Below are positions 23,101-35,100 of a stretch of 64,000 nt of DNA, piece after piece. The stretch covers positions 26,846,001-26,910,000 of the forward strand of contig NC_135770.1 in assembly GCF_052425735.1 (NCBI RefSeq). Reading direction: 5' to 3'. The notes below the pieces were generated by a model. It was not told the origin of the DNA. It saw only the letters and a list, made by a program, of their open reading frames with translations, and did not search any database. Position 1 is the first letter of the stretch; each line of letters opens with the position of its first letter. The position numbers and the translations under genes were made by a program. This DNA comes from Oculina patagonica (lineage: Eukaryota).

Positions 23101-26100
23101 TTTTAAAGATTTCATTTAGTTTCAGCATTGTCCTTAGGCTAAGGGGACTAAAAAACAATTCAGAGGTTGTCTGTGGCGAATAAAGAAATAAAGCTATTTT
23201 TATCACAAATAAAGTTGTGAGTAGACTACTCCAAATTTAAGAATCAAACCCCAGTTTCTTTTCTTTTCTAGTAATCCACTATTTTATCTCAAGCAAATAA
23301 TTTATGGATCTATTTTGTCAGACTTCAAATTATGTAGAGGTTTTTACAGGCAGTTTTTTTCTAAACATGCAAACTGAACCACTGCAAACTAACACCAGAG
23401 ATTTGTCATCTTTCACCCTACAGTAACAGATTAGTTTGCTAGCTGATTGAGTATCAGAACGAACTTTGTTCTTTTGGTTGTGTATACCACTTGGCTAATA
23501 ATTCAGGCAGGATAGCAACCTTGTACACCTTATTGGCCTTTGATAAGTTTGTGTTAAAAAAATCATTGTCACGTTTAATCATCTCTATGTGCAAGTCCTG
23601 TTCTGTCCACACAACAAAGTGCGCAAACTGAAATCCTGTGACATGCACTTGCACCTGTGTCCAATATGGGTGTGTTTTCTTGAGAGTAAGACCACCATCG
23701 GGAGACTGCTCCAGGCAAAGCCTGTGATGATTTCCATCGACAGCCTCAGAGAGAACTTGGTCGCGTACACAGAAGGGGCACTTGACTTCCACACACCAAG
23801 TGCCAAGACAGTCGCAAGAAGCAATGGCATCTGGTGTTGCCCCAATGTGTGGGTTGTCTGGAGAAATCCTTAAACCAGTTGGCTTTAAAGTAAAATTCTG
23901 ATGGGATCTCTCCATGGTCTGTTACAAAAATACATAATAAAAAAGAGAGAGGTTTAGCCATTTAGTTTCATCTTTTCCATAAAAATACATAACTTTCATT
24001 ATATTGTCATTATTGGAAAAAAGGTGCGGCTTATCTGCGGGTTCTTACGATATTATAAATAATAAGAGCCATTGATATTTAGAAATTCTAATAGTTAGTC
24101 ACAATTATCAATCATATCAAAATTACTAAATACATTATGCTATAGTTATTTCACTAAGACCATCTGGCAATGTGAGTGTCTGATTACACGTGCAGTTAAG
24201 AATACACTTTGCAAAAAATAGTATTTGCAAAAATACACAAAAAATTGAGAATAATAAAAAAGAATTTTCTTTTCTTCTTGCTTCACTATATTGTCTCCAG
24301 ATAAACAACAGTATAATGATATATTAAGTATATTCGTCCAGAGCCTTTTTCTCTTTCCGGCATCCCCAGTCTGTGGCAGCAGAATAACATTTAGATCCAT
24401 AGCAGATCTGTTTGATGAGACTAACAGATGGTTTTGCAGGATCAGTATGGCATGTTGTATGTTGTATGTTGTAGAAATTACTTGCAGTGATTCTTACAGA
24501 TCTCATTTTTGCCCAAACCTCAGAATTTCTCTGTTCTCTTGTTGCTTCCTCAACGTCGATTGCTTGTTCTTTACTACAAGATATCTCTTCAAACACTTCG
24601 TCTGCCTTTTTCAGTAAGTCATTAAAGCTTAGATTGCTCAGCTGTTCAGAGTAAAGTTGATCAAGAGTGTTTGGCAAATTAAGGACAGGTTTCTTGGGAA
24701 CATATTCGTTGCTGTATGGAGACACAAGGGACAGTATAGCAGGCTTTGTTCGTGAAGCATGCAAGCGTTCATAAAATGTTTTGATTTGGTCTGTGGACGG
24801 ACCATACGCAGATCTTGGTTTGGCTGGAGTTGGTTGGCAGGCAGTCCAGAAATTCGTTCATCTAGCCTCCTTTTTTTGGTGGCCGAAGCAGTGAAATCGA
24901 TTTATTTAAGTTCAGCATATGTTACTGACAGCTGAGGGCATAAGCCACTGGCAAGGCGCTGAAGTGCAAGTTCTGGCTTTGATCATTCTTACTCCAGCCT
25001 CAACTGCAAATAGCATAGCGCCAACATGCGAGCAAACCTCTCCAAGTCCGGCCATGCAGTTGCAATGTCCCGTAAGGACGTTCCCATTTGTTTTGACGGC
25101 CAGCCACGGTTTTAAAGGTGCCTTACTAAGTCGCTGAGAGTGGTTTACCTTAAATTAAATTAATAAAGAAATGTCAGATAAACAGCAGCGAACGAACAGC
25201 AGAATAAAACAGCGATCCATCTTTCATAAAAATTAATAATGTTGTAGTGAAATCAACATCATCATACCAGCGATGTAACAAATATCTTACTACGTGTTTG
25301 TCTTACCTTTCCGATCAAAATTCTTGTGTCTTGGGTAGCTTTTCCAACGAACATACTTCTCACCAAGCCAGCAACGAAGTATTGGTAGGACTGAAGACTT
25401 TTGTATGCTTTGACTTGTTCCTTTGTAAACTTGCTCGTTGAGAAGAGCAAGTAGTTCACTATATCAGGAAACTCGATCTCTGGCCATTCGGTCATGGATT
25501 GAGAGAAAACATTAGCACTCACAGAGTAGGGATCGATTCCTGCGATAATTTTCAGCTTCTCGTCGTACATTTGTCGGTTCTCGGCACTCAGAGAATCCCG
25601 GTGACCGCCCTCGACAGCCGCCATGTTGTTTTGACCTGGCATGCAAGATGGCGGCGTAGTAACGGTTGCTACGGGATCACGTGACCCGTGCAAAACCTCT
25701 ATACTTTTATTAGAGTAACATTACAATGTGTGTTCTTTACCACGGCATAAAAAACACTGTTTCAACCAACTTTGGTAATTGCAAATCTTCCAGATGGTGA
25801 TGATTTAGTATCGGACTTTGTTTATTTTCAGACGTTCACCCTTGCATCTCTAAACTTCATGAATGTGATCTGCAGTCTTCTTACTGCAATGTGACTGGAA
25901 ACAACTCGTACTCTTGTCCTTGTAAAACGGGATTCAGTGGACTTCCAGGAAATTGTTCAGGTACTTAAAATTTTAAATAAGTTATTTCGTGCCGTCTAGA
26001 AATGCGTCATCTTTCAAATAATATGTTTTTAGAACTCAATCATTTGACTTCCTTTACCAAAAGGTAGTAAACTACTACATATAACATAGAAAATAATGTA

Positions 26101-29100
26101 TTTATTTCACAACATTTATTTGCTAGGCAAAATCATTATTAGAAATAGAACACTGTGTGGTAAAAACTATTACGGGCTCTAAATCATGTAATTTTGGCGG
26201 GTTTTTTTCACGACCCGTCAACGACAGTTCCTGCCTCCTGCGAAAACTCGCTAATTCTGAGCTTGTATACCAGGTACGCATCGTTCGAATATCCATGACG
26301 TGGTGCAATTGTATTGGATTGGCTTATGCATTACCTGAACAACTTACCACTGAAGGGTATCGAAATATTACGCTTTACTTGCAATTTTACGCGACTTCTT
26401 AATTTCGCAAAAGAGAACTATTTGCAGGAACATAGACCTTAGACCAATAGACCTTTTTCGCTCGGGCTTTTTGTTGCCTCATTACAGACCATGTGATGAT
26501 ACTCTTGAGAATTCTTGCTTTCAAATTTTCAAATAGTCGCGTGTATATGAATGAATAAATTTTATGTCGATAAAAGAAAAATTTTCTAGAGAACATCACG
26601 TGGTCTGTAATGGGAAAACAACCCGCCCAAGCGGATAAGGTGTTTTATCTCCAATTGCAAAATCGTTTGCAACACGAAAGGTCCATTTTTCTAAACACGA
26701 GGTAGCTACAGCCAAGATCAGAAGATGAGGCTGCGCAAACTTCGAAAAGTCAGCCACGAAAAAAGAACATGTCTGTACAAGTGAGGCTAAAGTCTAATAC
26801 TAAGCGCTCTGGCAGTATTTAAGTTTGTAACATCGGTGTATTCAGTCAGTTGCTTTACGTAATAAAACACAAAACCTATCTTTACAGATGTGAACGAGTG
26901 TGAAAATGGACTTGACAGTTGTGACGTCATCTCTACTTACTGCGTCAACACCATTGGGTCGTACTATTGTCAATGTCGTGAAACGGGGTTCACAATGAAT
27001 GGACAAATCTGCGAAGGTATTCAAAAGTATTTTTTCACGTTTTATTTTAAAACATTATTATCGTTACAGCCGCCCGTTTAGATCATAGATACATGGCGTA
27101 CGCGGCAGTGAATAGCCCAATTTCGTTATATTAAAATTCAGCCTAAAACAGTAGGGGTTTATTCCCCAGAGCCTCGTAGTTATGTCTATTGTTTTAGGGT
27201 GAATTTTAAAATATCAAAATTGGGTTATTGTTGTTATTTTAAGGTGAACTCTTTTCTAGGCTACCTTATTCTTACGGGTAAGCTTTTCATTTGCCCGAAC
27301 CCAAGCTCCTCAGGTCGTTTTTTCAGTGCGTTGATAGAATTAACGGCCACATGTTGCAACCCAAAACTTTTTATAAGTTAGCCTAAAAGTACGGCGACTA
27401 GAAAATTAGTACGAAGGACTTATTGCAAATGACAAAAAGGAAAAAACACTAGCACAACACACCTTGAAAACGGCTCACAGCGTGGCCGAATGCTTTAACT
27501 GGATGCGTTATCTGGAAGCCCTAAGTCAAATCCTCCACCATGCTACTAGCTGGATTTGCTGTTGATAATCCCAAGTTTTACACTTCGGCCGCGTTTTTTA
27601 AATAGCTAACTGAGCTGTGTCCCACAATATATACCTGAAAAACACTATATACAGTGCTTCGCTCCACGCTTTTAACTTCTAACCCACACACAATCCCAAT
27701 TATCCCGTTTTGTTTTTCTCTTTAGACGTCGATGAGTGTTTGACGGGCGACCATCAATGTCCATCCCATTCTGCCGACTGTTTCAACAATGAAGGCTCGT
27801 ACAGCTGTGAGTGTAAGCAGGGATACACTGGAGATGGAAGAAACTGTTCAGGTAATTAATAATTTGTTGAACTCAGTTATCGCAAGTACTTTTTATCACT
27901 AGTATAAATTGCACATAGTTTTCCGACAACTCTCAAAAACGAGCTGGCATTTTTCTCAAAAGTGGACACAATTTCACTTGAGCAGAATATTGATTGCCGC
28001 AAAATCACTGTCAGACTCTAGTGCGCATGACTCACCTACAGCGCAAGAGAACGTAATTTGAGGGATTATGCATCAAGTTTTCTTTGCCCCGCGAACGTCA
28101 AAACTTTTGCCCTTTTTAAGATTGCCGTTTATACGTCAAAGTGAGTAGTTTCGTATTCTTATTTTCCTGATGGATTTTTTCAATAATTAGAGAAGACGCT
28201 GACAGAAACAGGAGCTTTCTGACGTTTGTCGTTTGCAATAAATGTTAATCTCTCCACTGTCTTTCCGGACAGATGGTTGCTAACAATGGTTATCAGTAAG
28301 GGTACGGTTATCACTGGGGATTTTGAGATACCTTGCCTAGTTCCTAGGCCTTCCATATTCGCTCCCGTCGATCCGTTTAGGATCACGTGGTACGAGCGAA
28401 AAAACGACTCCAGCCGTTCTCCCCTGATACGTTACCGCAACGAGTAGTTACATTACACCATACTGTAAAAGCCTGGGGAAAAAAGCCATATGAATTAGGC
28501 AATGAGATACCTAAACCGGCCATTTGTGACAAGGCTGAGTTACAGACATATGAAATCATTTGTATTTGTTTGTTTGAAAGAATTAACCCTTCCTGTGTGT
28601 TCAATCCAATATGCAAATATCAACTTGATGTCAGAAACACCCAGTTAAATACTTTCTTTAAAAAAAGTAAACCCGCCCCGTTCAGTACAAAATGAGTTGA
28701 TAACAGAGGGTTGTGTAACATGAGCGAACTGAAATTTAATCTTCTTTGGCATATTAAAAAAGGTAAAGAAAATTGAAGAATAATTCATCAGATCGTAGAC
28801 CTTTCGCGGCCACTTTGCGTAATGACAAAAAAAATGAATTTGGAAGAGAATCATTTTTCTTCCTTCCCCAAAACGTTCAGCAAAAATATGCTACCAAGAT
28901 TCGAATTGAAACAGAGACTTTATAATTTGTGTGTGCAATATTTTATTGCACATGGTAAATGCCATTTCGGTTTTATTTTCGAGTGTTCCGATAAAAGTTT
29001 TCCTCGTTCGCAATAGAACATTTTTTCGGTGCTTTGCCTTGAAGCTCAACAACAAAAAGCGGTAACGGTCAAGGATTTGAGTACAACATGTAATTTAAGT

Positions 29101-32100
29101 ACAAAATAAAGGACAAGCAAAATTTGCCAGCATGTTTCACAAAGTCGTGAGAAACTTTCTCCGCGGTACAATGCGAACTGTTCTTCATAAGCGCGATCAC
29201 TAAATAATTACTCAAACCGAACGCGTGGAAACGATCTAAGGAAAAATTATGGTAGAAATAAATTGAAATAAATGCTATCATATAATTTATTACATAACCT
29301 GTTTTTTTTTTAACATTGGAAATGTCAAATTACAAATACTCTTCTGCTTTCTTCTCGACTCTGTTACGAGTGTAACATTATTTACAAATGGCCTTGCCTA
29401 CGCAGTACACCGACTTAAGCAGTGTTTACTTAATCCGAAAGCATGTATTATCTTAAATGATCTAAAACTGTAAACAGTTTTCAGTAAGTGTCAGTAACAG
29501 CCATCACTTAATATTCAGGATGTCTCATGAGTTCGCATTTAGCGTTGATTTAGATCACATCTATGGCGTTACTGGGAGAGATATTTCCTTGTCCCTCTTC
29601 TTGTTGGTTGATGTCTCGTTCCTGTCCAGTTTGAACAATGCCCACAGCGTTTGGTGATCCAAAAACACGCATCTCGATCTGTTCCGCTTGTGTGTAACTT
29701 TTTCTTAACAAAATTTCAAAGAACGCTACACGAAATCGCCTTATTCTTGCAGCGTAAATTATTGGATTAATTAACGAATTGATAACTGGGAGAAAACCTC
29801 CAACGAAAAAAATTATATAAGCAACATTCAATGAGACTCTAGAAACAATTATTCGAACGACAAATATTGGTGAATAACATAACAGCACTGCGACAACGAT
29901 AAACGTTGTCAATTTTAAGGCCTTCTTTTCTTTTAAGAATTTTTGTCTGGCCTCTGCGGACACTTGCTGGGAGAGAATTTCTTTTTCATGCCGACGAGCT
30001 TCTCTGTAAAGTACAAACTGTCCTATGATAATGATGGCTAGACACAGAACCCAAGCTGCGTTGTTTACGAAAAGAAAGACATCATTATCTATGACGATAG
30101 GAATTATAGTTATTAATAAGATTGTGACCCATGCAAGAACGGAGGCGAGCAGAATGCGGCCTTCGGTGACAATGGTTGTGTACTTGTACGGGTGATAGAG
30201 AGCTAAATATCGTTCCCCGCTCATTAAAACCAAGTGAATGAGCGATGATCCGTATAACAACCTCGACACATTTCTTACTGTCGCCTGAAGTATACATGAT
30301 TCACTTGACGAGTCGCCTTGAAGGATGAATATTACTAGTGGTATCTGCAAAGGTTGAACAATCAGCCCCACCATCGTGTCTGTAGCCGCTAGACACGCCA
30401 CAACGACGTTGGACATCGTTCTCAAGCGCGGTTTGGTTTTCACGGCGATCATCACCAACAGATTGAGTACAATTGTGAATGGAAACGTCACACTGTTGAT
30501 TACGGCGGACGAAACCAAGGTAGCATAAACTTCAGGAGTTATATGGTCAAGTTTTCCTTTGAGGAAAACGTAAATTTCACATTCGGCAGGTATCGCCGGG
30601 GAAGAAACTTCGCTTGAATTCATGATTTCGCTTTGTAGATCTTGGTCTTGATACAATAATGTTGATTTTTCCGTGCTCACAAACAGTGGTTCTTCTTTTA
30701 TAAGCGTTTCTTTATACTTTCTTTTTTATGTTTTTTCCGCTCTCGCATTTGCATTTTATCTATGTTATGTTTTAAATGGGGATAAGCAGTCGCTGCTTTT
30801 TAGCGAAGCTAAGACGCACGTTTCTCTTATTTAAAAGGTTTTCAGTACTTCCTTTTATTGTTCACTCCTCGACTTCCAATAAAGCGTCCTCGGAAAACAG
30901 ACCTAATTAGACATCTTGGCAAATCCATCATGAAAACACGATGTGGGTTGATTGAAAGGAACGCAAATGCAACGGATGTTAATACACAATGACCTGGTTA
31001 CGAAAAATATCGAGCCATTGAAGGCCAATTATTGTAAAAGACCCAAACTTCGAATCCAAACCAGTTATTTACAATAGACTTTTCAAAGCGCATTACCCTT
31101 TAACTGATTGGGAATATTATTTGCGACACAAATTTAAACCATTATTAAATACAATTTCAGTTTACAAACATGGAGAAAATTGAGGCAGTACAAGGTAGTA
31201 GTAAAGGTAGTATCGGTGTACACAGAGACTGAGTCAGTCTTCACTTGCAATTAACAACTGCAGCAAATCTGGCCACTCAAGAATTGGCCAAGAAAACCAC
31301 AGCACGCGCTGCAATGCTACTACAAGACTAATCCACGGCGCAAAAAAGCATAATTTTCACTCGAACCAATGCAGTGATTTGGCACATTAATAAAATAAAA
31401 AAGAAAATAAATAATAATTCATCGAGTCGAAGATAAATAAACAAGATATTTTCAGTTTACCTTTATAAATTATCATTTTTCTGCCGGTCGAAATAACAAA
31501 AACAATCTCCTCGAAACGTTCAACAGAAACATGCTGCAAGATTCAAGTGAAAATTGGCAAGTTGTAATTTGTTTGTCCAATATTTTATTGTACAGGATAA
31601 GTGCAATATTTTTTTTACTTTGAAGACACGAATTTAGCATCAGGTTTTCACCGTTCGCAATCATACATTTTTTCGGTTCTTTGCCTTGAATCTCAACAAA
31701 ATGTGGTGAAGGGGAAAGTTTAGGATTTAAGTGCAAATATGTTTTAAAAAATGAAGCACAAGACAAATTTGTCAGTATGCCTTACAAAGTCAAGAAAAAC
31801 TTTTTCCAGGTTTTTCTCCTGGGGCGAAATACGAACTTGTTCTTCATTCTTGCCATCACTAATAAGCAATCACTTAAATCGAACGGAAGAGAATGATCAC
31901 AGGGTAAAACATTGCAAAGAAAATTGAAAAATGGAATAAATTCAGTCATATATTTTATTACATCACCTGTTCTTTTTTTAACAATACTCTTCTACTTTCT
32001 TTTCTACTCTGTTAAGAGTGATATGGCCCGCTTAGATGATCTAAAATTGTAAACAGTTTTCAGTTAGTGTCAGTTACAGCCATCACTAAATATCCAGGAT

Positions 32101-35100
32101 GTCTCATGTGTTCGCATTTAGCGTTGGTTGATCTTGTTCCTCGGCTGTATTTGACATCATTGTCTATAGGTTTGGAATCACTTCTATGGCGTTACTGGGG
32201 ATGATATTTCCTTGTCCCTCTTCTCTCTGGTTGATGTCTTGTTCCTGTCCTGTCTGAACAATGCCCACAGCGTTTGGTGATCCAAAAACACGCATCTCGA
32301 TCTGTTCCGCTTGTGTGTAGCTTTTCCTCAACAAAATTTCAAAGAACGCTACACGAAATCGCCTTATTCTTGCAGCGTAAATTATTGGATTAATTAACGA
32401 ATTGATAACTGGGAGAAAACCTCCAACGAAAAAAATTATATAAGCAACATTCAATGAAACTTTGGAAATAACTATTCGAACGACAAATATTGGTGAATAA
32501 CATAACAGCACTGCGACAACGATAAACGTTGTCAATTTTAAGGCCTTCTTTTCTTTTAAGAATTTTTCTCTGGCCTCTGCTGAAACTTGCTGTGAGAGAA
32601 TTTCTTTTTCATGCCGACGAGCTTCTCTGTAAAGTACAAACTGTCCTATGATGATGATGGCTAGAAACAGAACCAAAGCTGCGTTGTTTACGGAAAGAAG
32701 GACATCGTTATCTATGACGATAGGAATAGTTAATAATACGATTGTGACCCATGCAAGAGCGGAGGCGAGCAGAATGCGGCCTTCGGTGACAATGGTTGTG
32801 TACTTGTACGGGTGATAGAGAGCTAAATATCGTTCCCCACTCATTAAAACCATGTGAATGAGCGATGATCCGCATAAAAACCTCGACACATTTCTTGCGG
32901 TTGCCTGAAGTATACATGATTCACTTGACGAGTCACCTTGAAGGATGAATATTACTAGTGGTACCTGTAAAGGTTGGACAATCAGTCCCACCATCGCGTC
33001 CGTAGCCGCTAGGCACGCCACAACGACGTTGGACATCGTTCTCAAGCGCGGTTTGGTTTTCACGGCGATCATCACCAACAGATTGAGTACAATTGTGAAT
33101 GGAAACGTCACACTGTTGATGACGGCGGTCGAAACCAAGGTAGCATAAACTTTAGGAGTTATATGGTCAAGTTTTCCTTTGAGGAAAACGTAGATTTCAC
33201 ATTCGGCAGGTATCGCCGGGGAAGAAACTTCGCTTGAATTCATGATTTCACTTTGTAGATTTTGGTCTTGATACAATAATGTTGATTTTTCCGTGCTCAG
33301 AAACAGTGGTTCTTCTTTTATAAGCGTTTCTTTATACTTTCTTTTTTATGTTTTTCCGCTCTCGCATTTGCATTTTATCTATGTTAAGTTTTAAATGGCG
33401 TTAAGCAGTCGCTGCTTTTTAGCGAAGCTAAGACGCACGTTTCTCTTATTTAAAAGGTTTTCAGTACTTCCTTCTTTTGTTCACCACTCTCCTTTCAATA
33501 ATGCGTCCTCGGAAAACCGACCTAATTAGACATCTTGGCAAACCCATCATGAAAACACGATGTGGGTTGATTGAAAGGAAGGCAAATGCAACGGATGTTA
33601 ACACACAATGACCTGCTCACGAAAAATATCGAGCCATTGAAGGCCAATTATGCTAAATAACCCAAACTTCGAATCCAAGCCAGTTGTTTTGAAAAATACT
33701 TTTTTGAAAAGCAATAGCTTTTTACTGGTTGGAAAAGATTATTTGGGCCACGAATTAAGAGCCATTTATTAAGTTAAATTCCAGTTTACAAACAAACATA
33801 CATGCCTACATGTAGCATGATGGGTAAATAGACCTAAACGCTTTTTTTAGTTAATGCTCTTGAAGCCTATCACTTTACTCTAATTTATAACGGTGAAACC
33901 TCATCATTCAATTGTTGTCATCATTCTTAAAAAAATTAGCTGATAATAGAGGTTTTTTTGTTTTTTGTTTAGCACGGGCATGAGATTCCCACTCTTCTAT
34001 TTTGGTAATTTTTTTTAACATTGTGTTTATGTATCGCAGAAACTATGAGAAATTAATAAAAAATTAAAATTTTACCAAAATAAGATAAAAAATCTTCTTC
34101 CAGCGAGTCAATCTAGTATACTGTTTTGCAAACAGTGCTACAGTGCTCTGTTTCTTCTTCAGCTGCCCTGAAATATTGGCAAAACATTCCAAGATTTCTT
34201 TTTTTAAATTTCGAAGTGTGAGCCAGAGTTCCGCTTCTTGATCGCTCCTTCAATCGGCAAAGCGATGTTGACTAGCTATTTCGTCAGGTTGCGAGGTTTT
34301 TTGTTTCGCCCGTCTTCTATCCCATTCATGAACAACATCGCATTTTAACTAATCAGATCCCTACACGAAAGCATCTAATAGCTATCTCATAGTCATAAAA
34401 AACTTAATGTGAAGTTTTTATGTCGTTCAGATGGTTCGAATCCTGCTCGGGGCATGCAATTTTTCTTTCATTTCAGAGACGTGTGTCGAAAGCCATCTGT
34501 AATTTATTTACATATTTCTTTTTATGTCGTTCTTATTCAGGATTTGTTGTACATGAGCAGACTGTATATAATTTAAGAGTTATGTTCATTTCAGGTGATT
34601 CACTGTGCCGTGAACATTTTTATTTTCGCAACAGATAAATAGAAATATAAATGGTACTTTTATAAAATGATAAATAATAATATGATAACTTCTACTGATA
34701 GCTACTGATGTTTAAAAAAAAGAATGTTTGAGTCCTATTTTGGTGGGTAATTTTCAACCTTCTTTTTTATTTGTTTGTTATATTAAGATGTTTTCTTTGT
34801 ATACACACTCGCCTAAAGGCTCGTGTGTATACTGAAAATCAAGTCACTCGTGGAATCTTTCACGGTATGCCACTCGAAAACATTGCATAACTAGTATGTA
34901 TCCGCCATGTTAGAGGAGAAATTTTGCTTGCAAGGGTTTGTGGGACTTCAGTGCACGTGATAGACTTGTTTCAGGTTTGCAAACCTCCTTCGCAGTTATG
35001 ATTTTCTTTGTTTTAACTTGATGAATGATTGATGAGTTTAAGAAAAGTTAGTTCGGCGAATTTAGTGTTACGACAAATTCAACAGCAGTTCGACGAAAAT

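Larger units (their letters stand above)
22917..25700. mobile_element. Truncated, degenerate ISL2EU/Harbinger-like DNA transposon in intron 3 of gene B
   Basis: Minus-strand SWIM-YqaJ-PHD gene convergent with a plus-strand DDE transposase C-terminal remnant; one terminus ...CACGTGACCCGTGCAAAACCTCT followed by AT at 25700. Confidence 0.75.
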
